Source of the DNA: Chiloscyllium plagiosum
Taxonomy: Eukaryota
DNA length: 64,000 nt
Assembly (NCBI RefSeq): GCF_004010195.1
Contig: NC_057718.1
Coordinates: forward strand, 69,711,213-69,775,212
Direction of reading: 5' to 3'
The notes under the pieces are model-generated. The model searched no databases, had not been told where the DNA came from, and saw nothing but the letters and a program-made list of their open reading frames with translations. The position numbers and the translations under genes are program-made. Below, one piece after another: positions 54,259 through 64,000 of this stretch. Every line of letters begins with the position of its first letter. Position 1 is the first letter of the stretch.

Positions 54259-55302
54259 GCTCCATTAAAAATGAGATTCTGAAAGTTTCACAGATGTGGC
54301 AACTTTTCTCCATTTCATCTGACGTGAATTAATTTCCCAGGCATTTTGGGGCTTTCAAGTATGATATCTTATCTCCTTTAAGCCTTGACATGGTGCATCA
54401 AAGGCACAGGTTGGGTGATCAACACCATCTGCACTCTGTTCTCTTGTACTCTAGGCAGCTGTGTTTATCAGTTACAAGATACAAAGCAGGAACACAGCAA
54501 AGCTAATTTGCCTGCAATCTCCAAACCCTCACCATGACCTGCAGGTTACTTTCCAACCACACACCAGCCCGACATTGGACTTGGAAATTAAATTACATTC
54601 CTTCACTGACAGTGACTTAAAATCCTTGAACCCTTCCAAACAGCATTGTGGGAGTGCCTTTGCCATGGGTACAGCAGTGGTTTAAGCAATTGACCACTAC
54701 CTTCTCAAGGGAAATCAAGAATAGACAATTCAGGCTGGCCTAGCCAGCACTCACATCACATTAAAGCAGTAAACCAAATACAGTTGAGGCTATTCAGTTT
54801 GTAAGGGGAGAACGGGAAGATGAGAAGGTAGCAGCAGAAGCTAATGTCATATGGAAAAGGAAAGATCAGAAGGTTCTAACAGCAGTTATATCTCAAGGCA
54901 TCTTCACACAGCCAGGATTGCAGAAAATGCTTGCCACAGTTGTCCTTTAACTATGCCCTTGAATCTTGAAAATCCTTCGGAATGTAGTGATATTGATTTC
55001 TGGCTTGCCCCTACTGCATGATTGGTATCTCAAACTTATGGAAAAATCATATCATTGTGCAAGTGAAAGTGACAAGTCAGATGACTGGTCAGAATACAAA
55101 GATCAGCAGAGAAATTACTAAATGATTAATCAATTCAAATAAATGAGTGCATGAAAGGAAGCTTGCTAGAAATATAAAAACAAGAAGCGGTACTGAGCAA
55201 CCTGATGATGCTGTGGGTTGATACGTCTCTGGGTCTTTATAGACTTCACCTATTACTTTCAAAACTTTCATGTTTCATATATTAAGTATTTCTGGAATTC
55301 AT

Positions 55303-55685
55303 AGAGTCCATACAGTGTGAAGCAGGCCAGTTGGCCCATTGAGCCCACACAGGCCCTGTTAAGAGCATTCCTCCTAGACCCACCATCTACACTATCCCTG
55401 TAAACCTGCATTCCCCAGGGCTAATTCATCTAGTCTGCACATCCCTGGAACACTATAGGGCAATTTATATGGCCAATCCATCCAATGTGCGCATCTTTGT
55501 AGAGATGAGCCTACAAGTAACCGATTAGATCAAAGAGATGAAACCAGAGCGCCAGGAGGAAACCTACGTAGTTACGGGGAGAATGTGCAAACTTCATACA
55601 AACAGTTGCCTGAAGGTGGAATCGAAATTGAATTCCTGGCACTGTGAGGCAACAGTACTAACCACTGAGCCACTGTGACACCTCG
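55303..55685 (-). mobile_element. Older tRNA-derived SINE
   Basis: GGAGAATGTGCAAAC and AACCACTGAGCCAC motifs. Confidence 0.75.
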
Positions 55686-55814
55686 CAATAGACTTCATCT
55701 GAAGTTCTTAGAAAGGGTTGCTAATGAGGTAATACTGCTGTTAATTTTCCAAAATTCATTACATTTTGGTAAGGTTTCATGACCCCAGAAGAAAGTAAAT
55801 ATAAAGACAATCTT

Positions 55815-56027
55815 ACATGAGAGGTAGCTTCCCAGGCAGGGGAAATGTTCCACATTTGGCAGGATTTCTCCATTAATCTTAATGAAGAGATAGACCAGAA
55901 CTTGACCTGGGATGTATTGATAAAGGGGTTGAGTCTTCTTGACGTTGAAGCTGAGACCAATTCTTCAGTATGCATCCACAAGGCATTTTGTAAGGCTTGA
56001 AGATTCTCGTCTGAGAGAGCAGATATG
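55815..56027 (-). mobile_element. RTE-clade LINE RT fragment
   Basis: AY*RIGLSFNVKKTQPLYQ..IKINGEILPNVEHFPCLGSYLS. Confidence 0.7.
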
Positions 56028-56262
56028 TGAAATAACTCCACAGAAGCTGGTATCAGTTCACCAAGTCACCCCTTATTTAAACATGCATAGTATGTGGACT
56101 CTGTTCAGCTAGCTTAGAGCCAGTCCTTAGAGTGAGGAGACTTTTGAATCTCCTGTTTATATCTGTCAGCTAGGGTTCCCTGATTATCTCAGGTTAACAG
56201 CCTTAATCAGGGAAATCATACTTGATGAGATCCTCCTGGCCAACCTTGTTCCAATCATGACA
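56028..56262 (-). repeat. 3' LTR of the Gypsy element
   Basis: TG...CA termini, adjacent polypurine tract (plus strand TCCCTCCC at 56263), homologous to 62546-62670. Confidence 0.8.
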
Positions 56263-57814
56263 TCCCTCCCACACTATGTCTGGAGATGTTAGCCTGTTCT
56301 TTTTCTTGAAGCTCCTCTTGACACTTTTTCGCCCCAGGTCCATTAGCTCTGACTCTGACTCAGATACAGGTGGCATGTATTGGATCATAGCCCGTCTCTT
56401 GCACCTGGAGCATCTGAAAGGAAATTCATCCTCTTCTTCAGGTGGTAACAGTATCAAGGCTGCGATATTAACTGCATTTTTCTTGGACTCTGAGGTTTCT
56501 TTGAAGCTAGACAGAGAGGGAGAACCCATGTTTTGTGACAGCCTTTCTGGCTATTCGAAGGGACCGGGTATGTTTTTCTCCAGCCCTGTTTGCGAGATAG
56601 CAGCTTTCATGTGATCCACATGTTTGTTCAGGACCACCTCACCTACCTGAACTTTGTATGTCACAAGACCTAGCATCAACCTTGCCTTGTACCATGCACA
56701 GCCATGTCCGTGGTTTCAACACCAAACCTTGTCCCATGAAGTAAACTATCTTAAAAAAAGGCATATGGCTGGCCTGGCATTCTTGATACAATTTCACTCT
56801 CCCTTCCAGATCCAGGAATATCAGGTTTAACCTGGTACAGAGTTTTCCTCCCATCAGCACTCTGTTTGAATTATTGCTGTAGATGCATGAGAGGTAGTTC
56901 TATAATTAAACAGGAATTGGGACAATTTGGTATCAAGTGAAGCATTAAGCTTCTTTAAGGCTGCCTTTAATGTTTGGATTGCTCTTTTCACCAGACCATT
57001 TGAATGGAGCTGTTCGAACATGCGAAATGCCTTTCAATTTTAGGAAATACTTGAAATCCCTGCTGGTAAATAGCATCCCATTTTTGGCTACGTCTGCATT
57101 CAATCCTGGTCACCAAAAATAAAGTCTGCTAGCATCCTCATTTTGGAAACCCCTGGATAACTCTTGTGTCTGGCATTGACCTTTACTCTTCATAATAATA
57201 TGTCATCCTCAATGCTGATCTGGTCTCACCAGGTCTAGAAAGGTTTCAATCCTAGTTGTGATGGCCTTTTTAATTTCCCCATCATCACCAGTTGTTTTAG
57301 TTTTACCAAGACGGGATCTTTTCGTGGCCACAGTTGGATATTATCAGCAGTGACCGGAATATGGTCCAAAAAATTTAAAACCAGAACAGACTCTCCCAGG
57401 GATGCACTACTAGTGGTGATCTGCCAGTGGGAAGCAGCTGAAGGTACCTGCATTTACCCCTTGGCCTCCTGGTACTGGTGAAACTTTCTCACACAAAAGG
57501 TAACCAGACCTTCCTTCTGGTGCATTTGCAATCAGCATCAGCCAACATCTGGGATGCATATGCTTTTGGATGTTCCTCTCCATTAAGCCACTGGTGAGTC
57601 ATCACTACTCCCATACTACACAGAGAGGCATCACCTGTCAGCAGCACATCTCGCTTGGGATCGTAGTGGGCCAACACCTCTGACAATGATAGCTACTTTT
57701 TTACTTCCCTAAAAGTCACTTCTTGGCAATGTGACCATTTCCAAGAATGACATTTTTTCAGTAGCATGTGCCAAGATGGAGGCCAAGTTACCTATAAATT
57801 TTCCGTAATATCCA

Positions 57815-59345
57815 GTCCCTCTACACCTCCATCCACCATGACCAGGACCTCCAAGCCCTCCGTTTCTTCCTCTCCCGACGTCCCCAACAGTACCCTTCCA
57901 CCGACACTCTCATTCGTTTGGCCGAACTGGTCCTCACCCTTAACAATTTCTCCTTCGAATCCTCCCACTTCCTCCAGACCAAAAGGGTGGCCATGGGAAC
58001 TCGTATGGGCCCCAGCTATGCCTGTCTCTTTGTTGGCTACGTAGAACAGTCCATCTTCCGTAATTACACCGGCACCACTCCCCACCTCTTCCTCCGCTAC
58101 ATTAAAGAGTGCATTGGTGTCACCTCGTGCTCCCGCAAGGAGGTTGAGCAATTCATCAACTTCACCGACACATTCCACCCTGACCTTAAATTTACTGGAC
58201 CATCTCTGACACCTCCCTCCCCTTCCTGGACCTCTCCATCTCCATTAATGATGACCGACTTGACACTGACATTTTTTACAAACCCACCAACTCCCACAGC
58301 TACCTGGATTACCTCTTCCTACCCTACCTCCTGCAAAAATGCCATCCCGTATTCCCAATTCCTCCGCCTCCGCCGTATCTGCTCCCAGGAGGACCAGTTC
58401 CACCACAGAACACACCAGATGGCCTCCTTCTTTAGAGACCGCAATTTCCCTTCCCACGTGGTTAAAGATGCCCTCCAACACATCTCGTCCACATCCCGCA
58501 CCTCCGCCCTCACACCCCATCCCTCCAACCGTAACAAGGACAGAACGCCCCTCGTGCTCACCTTCCANNNNNNNNNNNNNNNNNNNNNNNNNNNNNNNNN
58601 NNNNNNNNNNNNNNNNNNNNNNNNNNNNNNNNNNNNNNNNNNNNNNNNNNNNNNNNNNNNNNNNNNNNNNNNNNNNNNNNNNNNNNNNNNNNNNNNNNNN
58701 NNNNNNNNNNNNNNNNNNNNNNNNNNNNNNNNNNNNNNNNNNNNNNNNNNNNNNNNNNNNNNNNNNNNNNNNNNNNNNNNNNNNNNNNNNNNNNNNNNNN
58801 NNNNNNNNNNNNNNNNNNNNNNNNNNNNNNNNNNNNNNNNNNNNNNNNNNNNNNNNNNNNNNNNNNNNNNNNNNNNNNNNNNNNNNNNNNNNNNNNNNNN
58901 NNNNNNNNNNNNNNNNNNNNNNNNNNNNNNNNNNNNNNNNNNNNNNNNNNNNNNNNNNNNNNNNNNNNNNNNNNNNNNNNNNNNNNNNNNNNNNNNNNNN
59001 NNNNNNNNNNNNNNNNNNNNNNNNNNNNNNNNNNNNNNNNNNNNNNNNNNNNNNNNNNNNNNNNNNNNNNNNNNNNNNNNNNNNNNNNNNNNNNNNNNNN
59101 NNNNNNNNNNNNNNNNNNNNNNNNNNNNNNNNNNNNNNNNNNNNNNNNNNNNNNNNNNNNNNNNNNNNNNNNTCCTCTCATTTATCTCTCCACCCTTTAG
59201 GCATTCTGCCTGTATTCCTGATGAAGGACTTTTGCCCGAAACTTTAATTTTACTGCTCCTCGGATGCTGCCTGAACTGCTGTGCTTTTCCAGCACCACTA
59301 ATCCAGAATCTGGTTTCCAGCATCTGCAGTCATTGTTTTCACCAA
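57815..59345 (+). mobile_element. Penelope-like element RT (spans gap)
   Basis: VAMGTRMGPSYACLFVGYVE, LRYIKEC (decayed YIDD), AIPYSQFLRLRRICS; terminal repeat with CTGATGA..GAAA at ~59218-59242. Confidence 0.92.
58568..59172. other. Assembly gap (N run)
   Basis: Ns in the sequence. Confidence 1.
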
Positions 59346-59711
59346 ATCAAGGAAAGACCTAAGTTCTGGTATAGACATGGGAGCTGGGACACATTTGATC
59401 GCTTTTATTTTATGTTCCAATGGGTGTAACCTTGAATGAACAACTCTGTAGCCCAAGTAGTCCACTTGGGGTGCTTAGAACACACACTTTTCCCATCTAG
59501 GACCTATGCCTGCCTGAGAGAAATATTTAAACACCATGTCTATGTACTCCAAATGCATTTCATTGGTCTTTCTGATTACTAGCACGACTTCCAGATAAAT
59601 GGCAAACTGGGGTTAACCTTGCAAAATGTTGTCCATCATCCACTGGAAAAGGGCACAGGGTGATAATACCCCAAATGGCAGTCTTCTATATTGGTTCAAG
59701 CCCTTATAGGT

Positions 59712-60019
59712 ATTAGATTTTTAGATTAGATTACAGTGTGGAAATAGGCCCTTCGGCCCAACAAGTCTACATCGACCCGCCGAAGCGTAACCCACCCATA
59801 CCCCTACATTTACCCCTTACCTAACACTACGGGTAATTTAGCATGGCCAATTCACCTAACCTGCACATTTTTGGACTGTGGGAGAAAATCGGAGCAAACC
59901 CACGCAGACACAGGGAGAATGTGCAAACTCCATACAGTCAGTCGCCTGAGGCAGGAACTGAACCTGGGTCTCTGGCGCTGTGAGGCAGCAGTGCTAACCA
60001 CTGTGCCACCGTGCCGCCC
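59712..60019 (-). mobile_element. HE1-type SINE
   Basis: Full-length copy in Gypsy pol. Confidence 0.9.
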
Positions 60020-60677
60020 ACTAATTGTGGCAAACTTCAGGGACTCCTCTTCATACACAATTAGAGGTATGCATGGCTCATGTTCTGCTTTGTGACAGAC
60101 AGCTCCCTCCCCTCTAGGCAAGGGACAGGGTAATTACTCAGCTACAAGAAGTGGTTTACTATTGGCTTAAAATCCCCATGACGGCAAACCAACCCATCAG
60201 GCTTCACAATTGGTATAATTGTCCCAATGTCATTTGCCTAGAAAAAAAAACACATTCTTTTCACATGCAGGGCTCAGTCTTCAGAGGCAGCATCAAACTA
60301 GTCAAGCTTCCCAAATAAAGGTGCTGCCCATTCCACAAATTGTACTAATTGTTTGTTGATCCCTTCATTTTCCAGCCTCATTTCTGCCTCTACATTTGCA
60401 CATAAGGCACTGGGTGAGTCTTGCAGAAACATGGTTTGTCTTCCTGACCACTATGTAAGGTAGTCTTGGCTCCTTTGGAAGTCCCTAGACCTTCCTGAAA
60501 ATCTTTCAGGTATTTAATTCAGGCAGCCATTTTCTAACTGAAAAATGTTGAGTCAATCAAGGTGAATCATTCTCAACCAATTCTGCCCCATCACGCTTGA
60601 GCCTGAGAATTTTACCACAATCAGTGGTGATTGCACCAACTACTTCTCATGGGACAGTGGAACCAAAGTTGAACCTG

Positions 60678-60985
60678 TGGGTGGCACGGTGGCACAGTGG
60701 TTAGCACTGCTGCCTCACAGCGCCGGAGACCCGGGTTCAATTCCCGCCTCAGGCGACTGACTGTGTGGAGTTTGCACATTCTCCCTGTGACTGCGTGAGT
60801 TTCCTCCAGGTGCTCCAGTTTCCTCCCACAGTCCAAAGATGTGCAAGTCAGGTGAATTGGCCATGCTAAATTGCCCGCAGTGTTAGGTAAGGGGTAAATG
60901 TATGGGTGGGTTTCGCTTCAGCGGGGCGGTGTGGACTTGTTGGGCCAAAGGGCCTGTTTCCACACTGTAATGTAATCTAATCTAA
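60678..60985 (+). mobile_element. HE1-type SINE
   Basis: A and B boxes; (TCTAA)n tail. Confidence 0.9.
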
Positions 60986-61700
60986 TGTTAATCTGTGGAA
61001 CCTTAATCTGTAACAAAACCCCGATTATACATTTTCAGTCTGACCAAGTTCATGTGTAAACTTAAGGGTTAGAGTCCAGAGCAAATCTTGTTAAAGACTG
61101 GTTCTGCAATCACTGACACAAGCTGCACTGATATTGACCTCTATTAGCAGCAGGTGACCATTTCACCAGGCATTTATTTTGGTTGGTTCTGATTTTGATG
61201 TTGCTAAGCAATTTAACTGTTCCAAACTACATGTAGGTGGACTTGCCAAAGTGTGCACTATTCTGGATACTGGTCTATGAATTCTCTTACTCACATCAGG
61301 CCTCATAGGGCACCTTTGCTGCTTCAAGTCCACATACCAACAGCGACAACAATGGCTTGCCGGCCTGGATTCTGAAGAAAATTGTAGCCGACTTTATTTT
61401 CAGGTTTTGCTGTGTGCTAACCTAGGGTCCTTCTGCTCAGGATATGTCCTGTGTGAGGCTATGCAATTGAGTACACTCAAGTGGTGTTCCCCACACTCAG
61501 TCAGACAGGTGAGGATGTCTATTTCCATCAGGGTACCCTGTAGCTCACTTGCTCCTCTTGCCACATTTTCTATTGACTCAGCTAATTGTTGTATCTGTTT
61601 GTAGTCCACTTGGGCTTTGTTTAGTAGATATTTTCGCAAGATTAATCCCACATTCCAAATGGTCTGTCAGCATCTCATTCAGTGTTAAACCAAAATCACG

Positions 61701-61832
61701 TAGAGTCATGGAGATGTCTAGCATGGAAACAGACCCTTCGGTCCAACCTGTCCATGCCGACCAGATATCCCAACCCGATCTAGTCCCACCTGCCAGCACC
61801 CGGCCCATATCCCTCCAAACCCTTCCTATTCA
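61701..61832 (-). mobile_element. CR1 extreme 3' end
   Basis: Matches 1173-1305. Confidence 0.8.
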
Positions 61833-62051
61833 TTGTCTTAATTACGTCAAAAATCCGAATATAGATTCCCCTGGTTTTTGAATTGCTGAGTAAAGCTGAA
61901 AGCATCACAGAATTGGGGTTGTAATATTCTTTAATTAAATCCAGTAACTCTTGAAAGACTTTTGAAAACTCTTTAGTATCTGGTGCCTCAGAGAAATTTA
62001 GGCTCCTATTAACCAAAAGTGCTCAGGCCCACAAGCAATCATAAGAATTTT

Positions 62052-62357
62052 GGGCATCATGGTGGCTCAGTGGTTAGCACTGCTGCCTCACAGCGCTAGG
62101 GATCCAGGTTTAGTTCCAGCCTCAAGTGTTTGTCTGTGTGGAGTTTGCACATTCTCCCCATGTCTGGGTGGGTTTCCTCCCACAGTCCAAAAATGTACAA
62201 GTCAGGTGAATTGGCCATGCTAAATTGTCGATAGTGTTAGGTGTGTGAATCAGAAGGAAATAGGTCTGGGTAGGTTACTCTTACTCTGGGAGGGTCAGTG
62301 TGGGCTTGTTGGGCCAAAGGGCCTGTTTCCACACTGTAGGGAATCTAACCTAATCTA
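62052..62357 (+). mobile_element. HE1-type SINE
   Basis: GGTGGCTCAGTGGTTAGC head; CTAATCTAA tail. Confidence 0.88.
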
Positions 62358-62545
62358 ATTATTTGTTGCTTTTTCAACTGCCCCAATGTCATTTGCCCAG
62401 ACAAAAAACATATTCTTTTCATATACAGGATTGAACTGGTCAAGCTTCCTAAATAAAGGCATGATCCTAGAAAGGCTTACCACTACTCAAAGATGACTTT
62501 TGCAAGCAAAATGTCTAGGAGTGTACAGTTTTATTTCGTCACCAC

Positions 62546-62670
62546 TGAAATAACTCCATGAAGGCCGGTATCCCATCACCAAGTCACCCTTAATTTATAT
62601 TTGCTCAGTACATGTAGCTGGCTCAGAGCCAATCCCGAGAGTGAACGTAAACTCTGACACTCCTGTTTAT
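62546..62670 (-). repeat. 5' LTR of the Gypsy element (R/U5 side), interrupted at its TATA box
   Basis: Aligns to 56028-56160 up to CTCCTGTTTAT, where the alignment breaks. Confidence 0.8.
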
Positions 62671-62807
62671 TTATTTTTTTCTTTTCTTTTTCTTTCAGTT
62701 TCTACCACTAGGAAGAAAAGAAACACTCAAGTGGCCAGTGACAAGCAATGCCCTTCACATCAAAACACTCCTGGTTTTTTTTGTTTGTTTTTTTCTCTTC
62801 TTTTTTT

Positions 62808-63094
62808 CAACAGGCCCTTCGGCCCAACAAGTCCACACTGACCCTTCGAAGAGTAACCCACCCAGACTCCTTTCCCTCTCACTAATGCACCGAACACCAT
62901 GGGCAATTTAGCATAGCCAATTCACCTGACCTGCTCATCTTTGGACTGTGGGAGGAAACCGGAGCACCCGGAGGAAACCCACGCAGACACGGGGAGAATG
63001 TGCAAACTCTACACAGTCACCAGAGGCTGGAATCGAACCTGGGACCCTGGTGCTGTGAGGCAGCAGTGCTGACCACTGAGCCACCATGCTGCCC
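62808..63094 (-). mobile_element. HE1-type SINE with poly(A) tail (array unit B)
   Basis: Complete tRNA head; body ends at GGGCCTGTTG followed by an A-rich tail instead of (TCTAA)n. Confidence 0.88.
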
Positions 63095-63107
63095 TCACAC
63101 TCCTGTT

Positions 63108-63460
63108 AATTTTTAAAAATTTTTTGCTATACCAATTTCCATTTAATTAGTAGTAAGAAAAAGACTGAGGAATTAGTGACAGCTATTGCGTTTTCATACA
63201 GAAGGCACAGAATATCCCATATGACAGGGAATCACAGATTGCAGTCAGTTCAGTCACTCTCCCCCCACGGTGAGCCTGTCAAACAGGTACTCTCCCAGGC
63301 CATTCTCAGGGGCTCCCAATCTCTTCAGGTTGGTGATATGATCTCCCAGATTCTTGATCATCTTCACTTGCTTATCCAGGTAGTGTCCCTCCAGGAAGTC
63401 ACAAAGATGAGGGTCCATGTGGTCAGAGGAGAATTTGTGCAGATCCAGCAGACTCTAGTT
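63108..63460 (-). pseudogene. Ferritin (heavy/middle-type) processed pseudogene, 5'-truncated (array unit C)
   Basis: [63 protein letters not shown], then 3'UTR, ATTAAA and an A-rich tail. Confidence 0.95.
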
Positions 63461-63559
63461 ACACTCCTGTTTTTTTTTGCGGGTGTGAGACACAGTGAGA
63501 GACACAAGGTGTATGAATCTTTATTCAATTTCCACCACCAGGAAGATACACTCCTGTTT

Positions 63560-63977
63560 TTTTTTCTTCTTATTTTTTAACCCCCACACTACCGCCTAAC
63601 TGTGGTAGTGCTTATTTTTTCCCCAGCACCCATGGTGTGCGTGTGCAGGTGTGAGACACAGTGAGAGACACAAGGTGCATGAATCTTTATTCAATTTCCA
63701 CCACCAGGAAGATAGGAAAACACCCGGGTGGCCAGTGACAAGCACTCCCCTTCACATCAAAGGGCAGTGCTGTGTGATCAAACAGTGAGGGGGAGGGTAG
63801 GGACTAAATCAAAATAGAGTTGGAGGGAGAAATAATGCACTCCACTCCCTGCGGCGCCCACCTCTCCCTGAACAACTCCAGGGTGTTGGTGGACACCCCA
63901 TGCTCCTTCTCCAAGGACACCCGGGCCCTAACGTAACTGCGGAAGAGGGGCAGGCAGTCGGCACTAACGACCCCCTA
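63560..63977 (-). mobile_element. Tx1-clade LINE 3' end (array unit E); shorter copies at 62669-62764 and 63473-63547
   Basis: ORF2 C-terminus DCLPLFRSYVRARVSLEKEH..LELFRERWAPQGVECII, stop at 63804-63806; 3'UTR shared with units A and D. Confidence 0.8.
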
Positions 63978-64000
63978 TCACTCCTGTTTATTTTTTAAAA

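Larger units (their letters stand above)
56028..64000 (-). mobile_element. Decayed Ty3/Gypsy LTR retrotransposon with nested insertions
   Basis: PBS-like TGGTGACGA (plus strand 62536-62544), gag start MPLFRKLDQF at 62462, RT EWAAP..KPDG and RLPFGV, RNase H LAHYDP..DAS, integrase remnants. Confidence 0.85.
62657..64000 (-). repeat. Tandem array of poly(A)-tailed retro-insertions separated by repeated target site CACTCCTGTTT
   Basis: Motif at 62658, 62766, 63098, 63462, 63549 and 63979, each followed by a T-rich tract. Confidence 0.92.

Noticed and set aside
55721..56041. 106-aa ORF with apparent splice sites
   Set aside because: An alternative frame is recognisable RTE reverse transcriptase.
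57918..59429. 503-aa and other long ORFs
   Set aside because: Length is inflated by the N gap; the real part is frameshifted Penelope RT.
62657..64000. True CRISPR array
   Set aside because: Eukaryotic DNA, repeat only ~11 bp, spacers 75-420 bp with poly(A) tails, no cas genes. Serial TPRT target-site duplication explains it.

Overview
Repeat-dense vertebrate genomic DNA, almost certainly elasmobranch (shark): HE1-type tRNA SINEs, many decayed CR1 LINEs, Penelope-like elements with hammerhead motifs, Rex1/Babar, RTE and Tx1 LINE fragments, two old Gypsy LTR elements, Tigger-like MITEs and a Harbinger remnant. There are two assembly gaps. Most ORF-track entries are transposon debris. The only credible host-gene signal is a CpG-enriched promoter plus a 64-nt signal-peptide exon on the minus strand (39751-39814). 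The most striking structure is at 62657-64000. The TATA box of a Gypsy 5' LTR has been hit repeatedly at one site, giving a tandem array of poly(A)-tailed retrocopies (Tx1 RNA x3, a full-length SINE, a ferritin mRNA fragment). Each unit is separated by the same ~11-bp repeat CACTCCTGTTT, the array appears to age directionally, and it runs off the end of the window. Two Tigger-like MITEs also share termini but carry unrelated cargo, one resembling a terminal exon. Family assignments come from motif recall and manual translation, not database searches, and boundaries of decayed repeats are approximate.
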